A stretch of 64,000 nucleotides of DNA from Desulfurococcales archaeon (GCA_023255965.1 JAGDWE010000055.1:155-64154); one strand, 5' to 3'; positions 50,698-59,475 are shown, numbered from the stretch's first letter. Notes: generated by a model from the sequence alone, not told the origin. Translations and numbers: made by a program.

Positions 50698-50891
50698 AGT
50701 CCATCGACCTCAACATATATAGCGAAATCAGGGCATATGTACTCACATAATCTACATCCAACGCATTTTTCGATGTACTTAGGGCTTACGTACCTATATC
50801 CATAAATGTTAAATTCGTTGCCGCGTTCTAGGACTTTTTGGGGGCATACGTTAATACATAATCCACACTCCTTACACCTATCGACGATCAC
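50694..50891 (-). CDS. 2-oxoacid:ferredoxin oxidoreductase, delta subunit (2x[4Fe-4S] ferredoxin)
   Basis: Two CxxCxxCxxxCP motifs; GTG start preceded by an SD-like GGTTAGG. Confidence 0.85.
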   Translation of the reverse strand: MIVDRCKECGLCINVCPQKVLERGNEFNIYGYRYVSPKYIEKCVGCRLCEYICPDFAIYVEVDGL

Positions 50892-50997
50892 CCTAACCCT
50901 ATACCTTCCCCTACCCTCAAATGCCCTCGTAGCTGCAGAAAGCTGTGGAATGCGTATCCCTTACGTGTCTTACTCTAAATCATTTAAAGGTTATCGA

Positions 50998-51017
50998 TTT
51001 TATAATGTTTATAAAAT
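50998..51017 (+). promoter_or_regulatory. Tandem TATA-like boxes upstream of repeat arm A
   Basis: TTTTATAAT (50998-51006) and TTTATAAAAT (51008-51017). The second box is centred about 27 nt before 51039, the usual archaeal TATA-to-TSS spacing. Confidence 0.35.
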
Positions 51018-51038
51018 ACTTAAACGCCTACTGCTCAC

Positions 51039-51110
51039 CTAAGATCGTTCGTTCTTTGATGGTCATTGATCACGTCCTCAGATCCTCCGGCCTCCGCAGT
51101 CCCTACCGCC
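51039..51110 (+). repeat. Inverted repeat arm A flanking aEF-2 (72 nt)
   Basis: CTAAGATCGTTCGTTCTTTGATGGTCATTGATCACGTCCTCAGATCCTCCGGCCTCCGCAGTCCCTaCCGCC. Its reverse complement occurs at 53692-53763 with one mismatch. Confidence 0.95.
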
Positions 51111-51327
51111 CTTTAGTGTGGAGAGCCGTCGACAGCTCGCAGGCTCTAAGGTATCTACGAATTTCCTGGCTTAATCGCCTCATTTGGATGCTGAACTCTA
51201 GGGATGGAGTCTAAAGGTGATGTTAGGCACTTAAAAATACCCAGGAGGAGTTAAATAACATCAACCAGGCAACAATCCTTTAGACTTTTAACCCCTTAGA
51301 TAAGTAAATTGTCGTAGGAAGGTAATA

Positions 51328-53541
51328 ATGGTCCGGTATAAGTCGGTAGAGTATATTCAGAAAATAATGTCGAATCTAGAGCAGGTTAGAAATATCGGCA
51401 TAATAGCGCATGTAGATCACGGAAAGACGACTACATCGGATTCCCTACTTGCTGCTGCTGGTATAATATCGAGTAAGGTTGCTGGTGAGGCGTTAGCTAT
51501 GGATTATCTAGATATCGAACAGAAAAGGCAGATGACGGTTAAGGCAGCCAATATAAGCCTGTACCACGAGTATGGGGGCAAGCCCTACGTTATTAACTTA
51601 ATAGACACACCTGGACACGTGGACTTCACCGGCAAGGTTACTAGGTCACTAAGGGTTTTAGATGGTGCAATAGTGGTGGTCGATGCTGTCGAGGGCGTTA
51701 TGACTCAGACGGAGACCGTGTTAAGGCAGGCACTTGAGGAAAGGGTTAGACCGCTACTATTCATTAATAAGGTCGATAGGTTAATTAAGGAATTAAGGTT
51801 GCAGCCTCAGGAAATTCAACAAAGGTTCGTTGATATAATAAAGGAAGTTAATAGCTTAATTCAAGAGTATGCAGAGCCCGAGTTTAGGGATAAATGGTTA
51901 TTGGATCCAGCCAAGGGAATGGTGGCTTTCGGTTCAGCTAAGGATAAGATAGGCTTAACTGTACCTGCATCGCAGAAGAAAGGCGTTAAGATATTAGAGA
52001 TGATGGACGCCTATAGAAAGGGTAGGGAGGCTGTTGAGGAACTACAAAAAGTTATACCGCTTCATGAAGCATTGCTAGATATGGTAGTTAGATTCATCCC
52101 AAATCCCAAAGAGGCTCAAAGGTATAGGATTCCGAAGATATGGCGTGGTGATACGAATTCCGAAGTAGGCAAGGCAATGCTGGAAGCTGATCCTAATGGC
52201 CCTATAGTGTACCTAATTAACGATATGAGGGTGGACCCACATGCAGGATTGGTAGCGACCGGTAGAGTATTCTCGGGTACGTTAAAGTCTGGTGAGGAAT
52301 TATGGCTGATAGGAGCGAGGACGTCTCAAAGGGTTCTTCAGGTGAGCTTGTATATGGGGCCATATAGGGAGGTAGTTGACTTAATAAGCGCCGGCAACAT
52401 AGCAGCTGTGTTAGGGCTAGATAAAGCAAGGGCTGGCGAGACGGCTGTTTCCATGAATATAAAGGATGTAGCACCACCGTTTGAGAGATTACACTACATA
52501 TCAGAGCCCGTCGTCACTATGGCCATAGAGCCTAAGAAGACTACCGACCTAATCAAACTCATTGATGCTTTGAGGAAGATGAGCATTGAGGATCCAAACT
52601 TAGTCGTTAAAATAAATGAGGAAACCGGTGAATACCTGATATCAGGTATGGGTCACCTCCATTTAGAGGTGGTCCTCACCTTACTTAAGGAGAACTACGG
52701 ATTAGAAGTAGATACATCGCCACCTATAGTTGTCTATAGGGAGACCATAAGGGCATCCTCTCAAGTGATCGAGGGCAAGTCGCCAAATAAGCACAATAGG
52801 CTTTACGTAAGTGTAGCACCATTAAATGAAGAAAGTATCAAGCTTATTCAGCAAGGTGTGGTTACTGAGGATATGGATGCTAGGGAAAGAGCTAGGATAC
52901 TGAGGGATCAGGCTGGATGGGACTATGATGAAGCTAGAAGGATTTGGGCAATAGATGAAAACGTCAACGTATTAGTTGATATGACTTCTGGTGTGCAGTA
53001 TCTAAGGGAGGTCAAGGACACAATAATTCAAGGATTTAGATTAGCTATGAAGGAAGGTCCTTTAGCCATGGAACCAGTAAGGGGTGTTAAGGTCATATTA
53101 CATGATGCACTAATTCATGAGGATCCAGCTCATAGAGGTCCAGCGCAGATATATCCAGCGATCAGGAATCCCATATACGCAGGCATATTACTAGCTAAAC
53201 CAACTTTGCTAGAACCGCTCCAGAGGATAGATATTAGGACACCGGTAGACTTCATGAGCAATATTATAACAGTATTAAGTAGGAGAAGAGGTAAGGTGCT
53301 AAACGTTATCCAATTAAGTAGCAGCGTGGTTAGAATCGTGGGTGAGGTACCCGTAGGTGAATCAGCTGACTTAGCTAATGAATTAAGGGGTGTAACAGCT
53401 GGTAAGGCGTTCTGGGGTACCGAGTTCAGTAGATGGGCATCGCTACCAGATTCGCTATTAATGGATGTTGTTAGGGAGATTAGAAAGAGGAAAGGACTTA
53501 AGCCAGAGCCCCCAAGGCCTGAAGACTTCATGCCTTTATAG
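51328..53541 (+). CDS. Translation elongation factor 2 (aEF-2)
   Basis: [10 protein letters not shown]1 motif, [13 protein letters not shown], and the diphthamide-loop HEDPAHRG; 737 aa. Confidence 0.97.
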   Translation: MVRYKSVEYIQKIMSNLEQVRNIGIIAHVDHGKTTTSDSLLAAAGIISSKVAGEALAMDYLDIEQKRQMTVKAANISLYHEYGGKPYVINLIDTPGHVDFTGKVTRSLRVLDGAIVVVDAVEGVMTQTETVLRQALEERVRPLLFINKVDRLIKELRLQPQEIQQRFVDIIKEVNSLIQEYAEPEFRDKWLLDPAKGMVAFGSAKDKIGLTVPASQKKGVKILEMMDAYRKGREAVEELQKVIPLHEALLDMVVRFIPNPKEAQRYRIPKIWRGDTNSEVGKAMLEADPNGPIVYLINDMRVDPHAGLVATGRVFSGTLKSGEELWLIGARTSQRVLQVSLYMGPYREVVDLISAGNIAAVLGLDKARAGETAVSMNIKDVAPPFERLHYISEPVVTMAIEPKKTTDLIKLIDALRKMSIEDPNLVVKINEETGEYLISGMGHLHLEVVLTLLKENYGLEVDTSPPIVVYRETIRASSQVIEGKSPNKHNRLYVSVAPLNEESIKLIQQGVVTEDMDARERARILRDQAGWDYDEARRIWAIDENVNVLVDMTSGVQYLREVKDTIIQGFRLAMKEGPLAMEPVRGVKVILHDALIHEDPAHRGPAQIYPAIRNPIYAGILLAKPTLLEPLQRIDIRTPVDFMSNIITVLSRRRGKVLNVIQLSSSVVRIVGEVPVGESADLANELRGVTAGKAFWGTEFSRWASLPDSLLMDVVREIRKRKGLKPEPPRPEDFMPL

Positions 53542-53691
53542 CAACATATAAACCCAATAACACTTGGAACTGTAAACAGCTTCTTGTCTGGTTTATTGAT
53601 GGCCAAGCCCTTATGTCGGGTTGCTTCATCGCCGGCATTGAAAGGAAGCACGATCATAGTATAGCTCAATATGAGAGGATTGCTCCTGAAT

Positions 53692-53763
53692 GGCGGCAGG
53701 GACTGCGGAGGCCGGAGGATCTGAGGACGTGATCAATGACCATCAAAGAACGAACGATCTTAG
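53692..53763 (-). repeat. Inverted repeat arm B flanking aEF-2 (72 nt)
   Basis: 53698-53763 is the exact reverse complement of 51039-51104. 53692-53696 pairs with 51106-51110. The only mismatch is 53697 against 51105. Confidence 0.95.
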
Positions 53764-53850
53764 ATGAATGATGTATCCATGTCCATGGAATCCCAGAGTG
53801 CTGGGAGATTAAGAAAACTAAAGTAGCGTGTTTAGGTGGCCACTGAAACT

Positions 53851-53889
53851 TTACAGCTGGAAGCCTCGCCATTCATGGCTGGGAGGAGG
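53851..53889 (-). repeat. GC hairpin repeat, TGAATGGCGAGG subfamily
   Basis: The reverse complement CCTCCTCCCAGCCATGAATGGCGAGGCTTCCAGCTGTAA matches 55661-55698 at 28 of 33 aligned positions. Confidence 0.75.
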
Positions 53890-53985
53890 TTGGGGTTACC
53901 GGTGATAGTTATATTCTCATTGTGGTTGTTTAGGTAAAGTTTAAATTAAATGATTTATTAGGAGTCTTAGTAGCTTTGGTGCAGA

Positions 53986-54987
53986 GTGATGAATTCGACG
54001 ACGATATATGTTAATAGAAATATTGACAGCATATTTGCGGCTGCGGCTTTGGCAGTTGCATTAGGCAGGAAAGGATATAGGGTATTTATTGAGTTCCCAC
54101 AGGAGAGTAGCCTAAAGAAACTTAACATACATAACTCGTATGCTGTAGACATACTCCATACTTCTGGCGCATCTCTAAGGAACTCTATCGCCCTATCTCA
54201 TCTTTCCCAAAGGAAACTGGGATTGATATATAAGTATGATACTGAAGGCAAATACAATATATACATGAAACTAAGTAACGTAAGTTCCACCTTAGAAATT
54301 GCTTTAGAGTACATAAAGACCTTAAATGAGAGCGTGAGCGTACCTGGCAACCTACTAAATGATCTAGCGTTTATAAAATCTAATAATGTTAAGAGGTTGA
54401 CTCGTATTGGTAGGGTTCTATATTATGCTTATAGATGGGGCTTGAATAACGACGACTTGCTCCATACAATATATAACTATGCATATGGGGTCGTGACTAC
54501 GAAGACGTTAAAATTGAGCGAGAGCCTGGAGAAAGCTGCTAGAAACTTTGAATACTCATTAAACATTAAGGATGAGATAATTAACGAGCAGAGATATATG
54601 CAGAAAGATAATGTTGCACTAGCCATTATCTCAAGTGCTTCAGAGGACGAATTCGTAAGGAGCAATCTCATTTATATTAAAAGCATCATTAACGAATTAC
54701 TTAGCGATCTATGTAGGAAGCACGCGCTTGCTGTATTAGTATACGAATCAAATCAAGTTCATGAAGCAAAGTTCTGCATTAATAGAGATGTACCGATAGA
54801 TCTCTCAAAAATGTTTGCCAGCCTGCCTGGCGATATACTTAGCTATGTAAATTACACATATAAGGGCGCTCAGGCGACCATGACCTTTAAGAACCCAAAT
54901 AACGCAACCTTAGATAACGCCATAAGGATCTGTAACGCGGTAATATCTGAGTTTATTCAGGCAATTAAAGGAGTTAGAAATAATTAA
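53986..54987 (+). CDS. Hypothetical protein with degenerate DHH-like N-terminus
   Basis: 333 aa. TIYVNRNIDSIFAAAALAVALG aligns by eye with DHH motif I of the bona fide DHH protein at 60186-61214 (CIVTHRNADLDAIASALVLSEV), but the Asp pair and the DHH triad are missing. Confidence 0.5.
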   Translation: MMNSTTIYVNRNIDSIFAAAALAVALGRKGYRVFIEFPQESSLKKLNIHNSYAVDILHTSGASLRNSIALSHLSQRKLGLIYKYDTEGKYNIYMKLSNVSSTLEIALEYIKTLNESVSVPGNLLNDLAFIKSNNVKRLTRIGRVLYYAYRWGLNNDDLLHTIYNYAYGVVTTKTLKLSESLEKAARNFEYSLNIKDEIINEQRYMQKDNVALAIISSASEDEFVRSNLIYIKSIINELLSDLCRKHALAVLVYESNQVHEAKFCINRDVPIDLSKMFASLPGDILSYVNYTYKGAQATMTFKNPNNATLDNAIRICNAVISEFIQAIKGVRNN

Positions 54988-55044
54988 TCAGACAAAAACG
55001 TACGAAAAGGTAGTGAAGTTAAATAATGTACTCCTACACATACC

Positions 55045-55479
55045 TTAGGCGTATTTACTCTTACTTATAACCCTTACGTAACTTATCTCTGTCGTAGGGT
55101 ATTGTCCATGCTCATCTTTCTCATATTTTTTAACCATATCCCATATATTTAACAAGGAAATTGTGACAGCCGTTAACGCCTCCATTTCCACGCCCGTCTG
55201 TGCCTGTGCTCTAACAACAGCTCTTACCTTAATGCCCTCATCTAACACTTCAACCTCTATATCTACGTAACTTACTGGTATCGGATGACAGAGCGGGAGA
55301 ATTTCGGGGGTTTTCTTAGCAGCAATTAAGCCAGATATTTTCGCTACAGTCAACACATCACCTTTCTCCACCTTGCCGCATTTAATGAGTTCTATAGTCC
55401 CCTTCCTTAATTTAATAAAACCCTCCGCAATAGCTTCCCTTAGAATTACCTCCTTACCACTTACATCAATCATTCGCAC
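55045..55479 (-). CDS. moaC: Cyclic pyranopterin monophosphate synthase MoaC
   Basis: LIAAKKTPEILPLCHPIPV and GVEMEALTAVTISLLNIWDM motifs; GTG start (ATG two codons later). Confidence 0.92.
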   Translation of the reverse strand: MRMIDVSGKEVILREAIAEGFIKLRKGTIELIKCGKVEKGDVLTVAKISGLIAAKKTPEILPLCHPIPVSYVDIEVEVLDEGIKVRAVVRAQAQTGVEMEALTAVTISLLNIWDMVKKYEKDEHGQYPTTEISYVRVISKSKYA

Positions 55480-55538
55480 AGCAATAATTCCACCATGAAA
55501 AGCTGGAGACCTAAGTTATAAAACTTAACTTTAGAATT

Positions 55539-55618
55539 GGGCCGGGGGCGGCCCTCCCCACTTCATACACCCCCGGGACTCGGGGGAATCCAGGGGCCTC
55601 AATTATCTTATATCTTTT
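55539..55618 (+). ncRNA. Candidate small GC-rich structured RNA (class unknown; strand uncertain)
   Basis: A 62-nt core rich in G and C within AT-rich flanks. Hairpins GGGCCG-GGGG-CGGCCC (55539-55554) and CCCCCG-GGACT-CGGGGG (55570-55586). A TATA-like GTTATAAAA lies at 55515-55523, though it could equally serve moaC on the other strand. CTTTT at 55614-55618. Confidence 0.3.
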
Positions 55619-55660
55619 AAAGGTATTTAACTATTTCCTACTTACGATCCTTACTTTTAA

Positions 55661-55698
55661 CTGAGCTCCTCCCCGCACTGAATGGCGAGGATTCCTGC
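55661..55698 (+). repeat. GC hairpin repeat, TGAATGGCGAGG subfamily
   Basis: CTGAGCTCCTCCCCGCACTGAATGGCGAGGATTCCTGC, partner of 53851-53889. Confidence 0.75.
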
Positions 55699-55784
55699 AT
55701 ATATTTGAGTTTACATTAATTTTATTTGGAGGGCAATATATCATCGCAGATATGTGTCACAGAACGTGAGCCCATAAGCATTCG

Positions 55785-55814
55785 TACCAACCAAAATGGC
55801 AGGGCTTTCAATCG
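55785..55814 (+). repeat. GC hairpin repeat, diverged copy
   Basis: TACCAACCAAAATGGCAGGGCTTTCAATCG closely resembles 47103-47132 (TACCCACCATAAATGGCGGGCTTTCGGTT). Confidence 0.55.
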
Positions 55815-55965
55815 TAAACAACTATCAGATCAGGTTCCTTTCGTCATCTATGGTGGGAATAAATATTGCTTCATAACTATATTGTTCGCTCACATCCAGC
55901 TATATACGATACTAAGATATTAATATCCAATATGTTTTTATTTAGTTAGTAATTAATCATAGGTT

Positions 55966-56316
55966 CTAACCCTTTCTACGCGTTGAAACGACTTCGGGGA
56001 CTATGTCAGGGCTCTCTAACTCCTCCACCCTACTCTCAAGTTCCGTCAACTTAATGATCACATTCTCAAGAACTTTCATTATTTGATTTAGCCTACCCTC
56101 GATGTATACTAACCTAGAGCTTAAATCGCCTAGATCTCCATCACTTAATCTCGCATTATTACCGCTAATCATTAGTTCGTTCTTGAGCCCGAGCATTATG
56201 TACACCTTTATTAGATCAGTTATCTGAATACCTAATTCTTCAGCCCTGCTTTTTAATTCCCTGTAGAGGCTCTCTGGGACTGAGAGATGCACTGTCGGTA
56301 TGTATATCACTCTCAA
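55966..56316 (-). CDS. Ribbon-helix-helix domain protein with C-terminal coiled coil
   Basis: N-terminal VHLSVPESLYRELKSRAEELGIQITDLIKVYIMLGL (strand plus two helices), then heptad-like LNQIMKVLENVIIKLTELESRVEELE. Confidence 0.55.
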   Translation of the reverse strand: MRVIYIPTVHLSVPESLYRELKSRAEELGIQITDLIKVYIMLGLKNELMISGNNARLSDGDLGDLSSRLVYIEGRLNQIMKVLENVIIKLTELESRVEELESPDIVPEVVSTRRKG

Positions 56317-56444
56317 GAAAACTCTTACAAGAAGAGTATATAAGTCTATTGATAATATGTATTCCTACTTCAACAAGTATCTATTTACGTAAACACTCGT
56401 CAATAATATCTACCAGTATTACCCTAATTATCTAGGGTGATACT

Positions 56445-56630
56445 CTGCGAGTAATTACTTTTAAAGTTGATGATGTATTAGTTATAGAGATAGATAAGCT
56501 AGCTAATTCGCTAGGCATTAGTAGATCTGAAGTAATAAGGAAGGCTTTAATAGAGTACCTAAGGGCTAAGGGAAAGTCATTGATATCAAGCACCAAAGAG
56601 TTAAATATAAGAAAAATCACTTTAACTTAA
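56445..56630 (+). CDS. Ribbon-helix-helix (CopG-like) protein, putative CTG start
   Basis: Not in the ORF track. The frame opens after TAG 56433-56435. Translation (L/M)RVITFKVDDVLVIEIDKLANSLGISRSEVIRKALIEYLRAKGK is paralogous to the RHH at 5789-5962. AGGGTGAT (SD-like) lies 3 nt upstream of the CTG. The minus-strand ORF 56432-56620 looks like its shadow. Confidence 0.45.
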   Translation: MRVITFKVDDVLVIEIDKLANSLGISRSEVIRKALIEYLRAKGKSLISSTKELNIRKITLT

Positions 56631-57270
56631 AGACGACTACAGCCCTACTAGGCAAGCTGTCCTTAGAAACCGTCCACGAATTGCTCCCTAGATTTATGAC
56701 TTCACGATCTACTATCAGTTTAAGGAAGTCTGAGAGAGGTGCTAGCGGCAAATTTATCCCCTCAACCCAGTAATGCATTGGAATAACTACCCTCACATCT
56801 AAAGCTCTAGATAATTGATGGGCCTCATTAGCATCTATGGTAAAAGTCCCTCCCACTGGTAACATGGCTACATCTACCGGCTTTAAAGCATTTAATTCTT
56901 CATCAGCTAGTAGGTGCCCTAGATCACCTACATGAAGTATGTTGATGCCTTCAATGCCGATCCTATACATTACTACCTCGCCCCTCCTCCTGCCTTTCGC
57001 TTTATCATGAAATGCTTTAATACCTAGTACATCGTGCTCGAAGACGTTAAACTTGCCTACCTTCATGCTATAAACTAATCCATCCTTCTTCAGCACAACA
57101 TTGTATGCGTTATGATCGAAATGCTCATGAGTAATTAATACTGCATCAGCCTTGATATTGGGTGGTTTGATCCCTATGCTTCTACCATCATGTGGATCTA
57201 TAACTATGGACCTGCCCTTACTATCTATTAATTCAAAGCATGCGTGGCCATGCCACCTAATTGTAGGCAA
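56617..57270 (-). CDS. MBL-fold metal-dependent hydrolase (UlaG/COG2220-like)
   Basis: WHGHACF N-terminus and ITHEHFDHN motif; 217 aa. Confidence 0.75.
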   Translation of the reverse strand: MPTIRWHGHACFELIDSKGRSIVIDPHDGRSIGIKPPNIKADAVLITHEHFDHNAYNVVLKKDGLVYSMKVGKFNVFEHDVLGIKAFHDKAKGRRRGEVVMYRIGIEGINILHVGDLGHLLADEELNALKPVDVAMLPVGGTFTIDANEAHQLSRALDVRVVIPMHYWVEGINLPLAPLSDFLKLIVDREVINLGSNSWTVSKDSLPSRAVVVFKLK

Positions 57271-57342
57271 TACTCACCCCTCGTAAATAATATTAAGTTT
57301 AATTAATAAGTGTGTTTGCATTAGTATGGGGGTGATCTCGAG

Positions 57343-57594
57343 TTGAGTGGAAGAAATAGTTTAGAACCTGGCATAATAGCCTACGTACTTGCGAGAATAA
57401 ACTTAGGCATGGAGTATGAGGTTCTAGATCAAGTTACAAAACTACCTAACGTTGAGGAGGCACGCGTAGTCTATGGGGAGTACGATATGGTGATAAAGGT
57501 TAAAGTAAGTAATATGAGGGAACTAGATAAATTAGTAACTTACATAAGGAAATTAAATGGAGTAATAACGACAACCACATTAATTAGTAGCTAA
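57343..57594 (+). CDS. Stand-alone Lrp/AsnC ligand-binding (RAM) domain protein
   Basis: 83 aa with a beta-alpha-beta-beta-alpha-beta pattern (AYVLARINLG...EARVVYGEYDMVIKVKV...) and no HTH. Confidence 0.7.
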   Translation: MSGRNSLEPGIIAYVLARINLGMEYEVLDQVTKLPNVEEARVVYGEYDMVIKVKVSNMRELDKLVTYIRKLNGVITTTTLISS

Positions 57595-57622
57595 TGAGTT
57601 AAACCAAGCATTTTCGATAAAT

Positions 57623-58420
57623 TTGGTAGAAATTATGATACATAATAGTAGGAAATTTCTATTCAATGTAATTATATTAGGCCCAGCAGGTAGCGGGAAA
57701 ACCACTCTAGCTAGCGGTCTAGGATCATGGATCTCCAAGAATACTGACTTGCGTGTTGGTTATGTAAATCTGGATCCCGCAGCCGACCTATTACCTTATA
57801 AACCCGACGTAGACGTACGTAAATATGTAGATGCATTTAAATTGATGCGTGAGGAGGGGTTAGGGCCTAATGCAGCGATAGTTAAGTCGATTGATATGAT
57901 TTCGTTTAAGGTTAATTCGTTACTTAGTGAACTAGCTAGGATGGATGCCGATGTATTATTGATTGATACGCCCGGCCAGAGCGAGGTCTTCGTATTTAGG
58001 GACTCAGGGCCATCCATAGTCGATTCCCTTAGGAGCTTGGGAAGGACCATAGGTGTTTACGTCTACGACGCATCGCTAAGATTAGGTCCTCTTGAAAGCG
58101 TCATCACATACTTAATGAGCTTAGTAATTCAACTAAGGTTAGGGATAATTACACTCCCAATAATGAATAAGGTAGATTTACTCCCTATAAACAGCTACAT
58201 GTACGACGGAGTACTTCATATGGAGTTAGAGCGGATTAAAGATCGGTTAACTTCGGTTACTGGGGTAATGGAGGATATAACGTCATCATTACTTAATGAC
58301 GTATTAGAGTACCTACCATCCCTCAGGATATTAAAGGTCTCCGCTAAAACAGGAGAGGGGTTAGATGCGTTATTTAAGTATATTCATGAGACAGCGTGTA
58401 CTTGCGGTGATTTAACTTAG
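57623..58420 (+). CDS. GPN-loop GTPase
   Basis: P-loop GPAGSGKTT, GPN motif (GLGPNAA), and DTPGQSEVF. Confidence 0.88.
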   Translation: MVEIMIHNSRKFLFNVIILGPAGSGKTTLASGLGSWISKNTDLRVGYVNLDPAADLLPYKPDVDVRKYVDAFKLMREEGLGPNAAIVKSIDMISFKVNSLLSELARMDADVLLIDTPGQSEVFVFRDSGPSIVDSLRSLGRTIGVYVYDASLRLGPLESVITYLMSLVIQLRLGIITLPIMNKVDLLPINSYMYDGVLHMELERIKDRLTSVTGVMEDITSSLLNDVLEYLPSLRILKVSAKTGEGLDALFKYIHETACTCGDLT

Positions 58421-59461
58421 CTTCCAATACCTCTTAATAACCTCCTTAACTCTACCTATTACTGCTTGAGGTCTATAACTACTTAGAGTCTCCGATTCTG
58501 TTATATATGGCTCCTCATTATTTAAAGCCGCTATTGAATTAAGTATCCCCTTGGAGAGACCTTCGCCGTACCCTCCTTCCAAAATAGCTACCAACCTACC
58601 ACTGCAGAGCGTCCCCGCCAGCTCATTCAGCTTTCTAAAGTAGTAGTAATACGTCATAGCTGTAGCTCTTAAATCAGTAAGCGGATCTGAGTAGTGAGCA
58701 TCATAACCAGCCGATATAAGTATGTACTCAGGTTCCACCTCGTTAATTAGAGGCTCTATGACTTCATTGAACACCTCTTTATAGATGTCATCCCCGCTTC
58801 CGGCCGGTAAAGGTATATTTATTTTACTTCCCTCCCCATCACCAATCCCTACCTCATATAGCTCCCCAGTACCCGGGTATATGCCTTGTTGATGTATATC
58901 AATATGTATAACCTTAGGCTCACTTATAAATATCTCCTGAGTTCCATTACCATGGTGCGCATCAATATCGATTATCACAATGTTTTTAAATCCCTCCTTA
59001 AGTAACCGTTTTGCCAACACAGCTATATTATTAAATATACAGAAGCCCAATGTAGGTGCACCTAAAGCCCTTCCCCTAATGCCAGCGTGATGCCCTGGAG
59101 GTCTCGCAATTACGTAGGACGGCCTACCAGTGGATATACATAATTTATGGGCCAAGATAGATGCTGAAAGTGCTAGTATAGCTACTTCAAAAGTATGGCT
59201 ATTGACGTATGTATCGCTGTCGACGTAGTTAAATCCCTTAGCCGATAATGTTCTAATTAATTCCACATAATCCTTATCATGTACCTCGTACGGTAGCTCA
59301 TAATTTAATTCCTCAACCCTATTAACTACGGCAACCTTATCCAGAGCACCATAGGACTTCAACGCGTTTAAAGCCATAGTTAACCTAGAAGGCGACTCCG
59401 GATGGGAATATAGCTCACTATAATGCTTTAGGAACCTCTCATCATATATTAGGTTAACCAT
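58412..59461 (-). CDS. Histone deacetylase-family protein (AcuC/acetylpolyamine amidohydrolase-like)
   Basis: RPPGHHA, DIDAHHGNGTQEIF and GGYG-type C-terminal motif (EGGYGE). Confidence 0.88.
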   Translation of the reverse strand: MVNLIYDERFLKHYSELYSHPESPSRLTMALNALKSYGALDKVAVVNRVEELNYELPYEVHDKDYVELIRTLSAKGFNYVDSDTYVNSHTFEVAILALSASILAHKLCISTGRPSYVIARPPGHHAGIRGRALGAPTLGFCIFNNIAVLAKRLLKEGFKNIVIIDIDAHHGNGTQEIFISEPKVIHIDIHQQGIYPGTGELYEVGIGDGEGSKINIPLPAGSGDDIYKEVFNEVIEPLINEVEPEYILISAGYDAHYSDPLTDLRATAMTYYYYFRKLNELAGTLCSGRLVAILEGGYGEGLSKGILNSIAALNNEEPYITESETLSSYRPQAVIGRVKEVIKRYWKLS

Positions 59462-59475
59462 GATATGCCCTTATA

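Noticed and set aside
50945-51214. ORFs 50945-51214 (+) and 53666-53872 (-) share an identical 21-aa segment, KIVRSLMVIDHVLRSSGLRSP, suggesting a small paralogous protein family.
   Set aside because: The identity is confined exactly to the 66-bp nucleotide repeat and is 100% at the DNA level, while the flanking peptide sequence is unrelated. The repeat is the signal, not the coding potential.
55726-55923. A 65-aa TTG-initiated ORF in the moaC-RHH spacer.
   Set aside because: Odd composition, no motif, and it overlaps a hairpin-family repeat copy (55785-55814). Probably non-coding.
56432-56620. A 62-aa minus-strand ORF listed in the track.
   Set aside because: The low-complexity peptide lies exactly antisense to a well-formed RHH reading frame with a paralogue in the window. 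The + strand interpretation is preferred, although it needs a CTG start.
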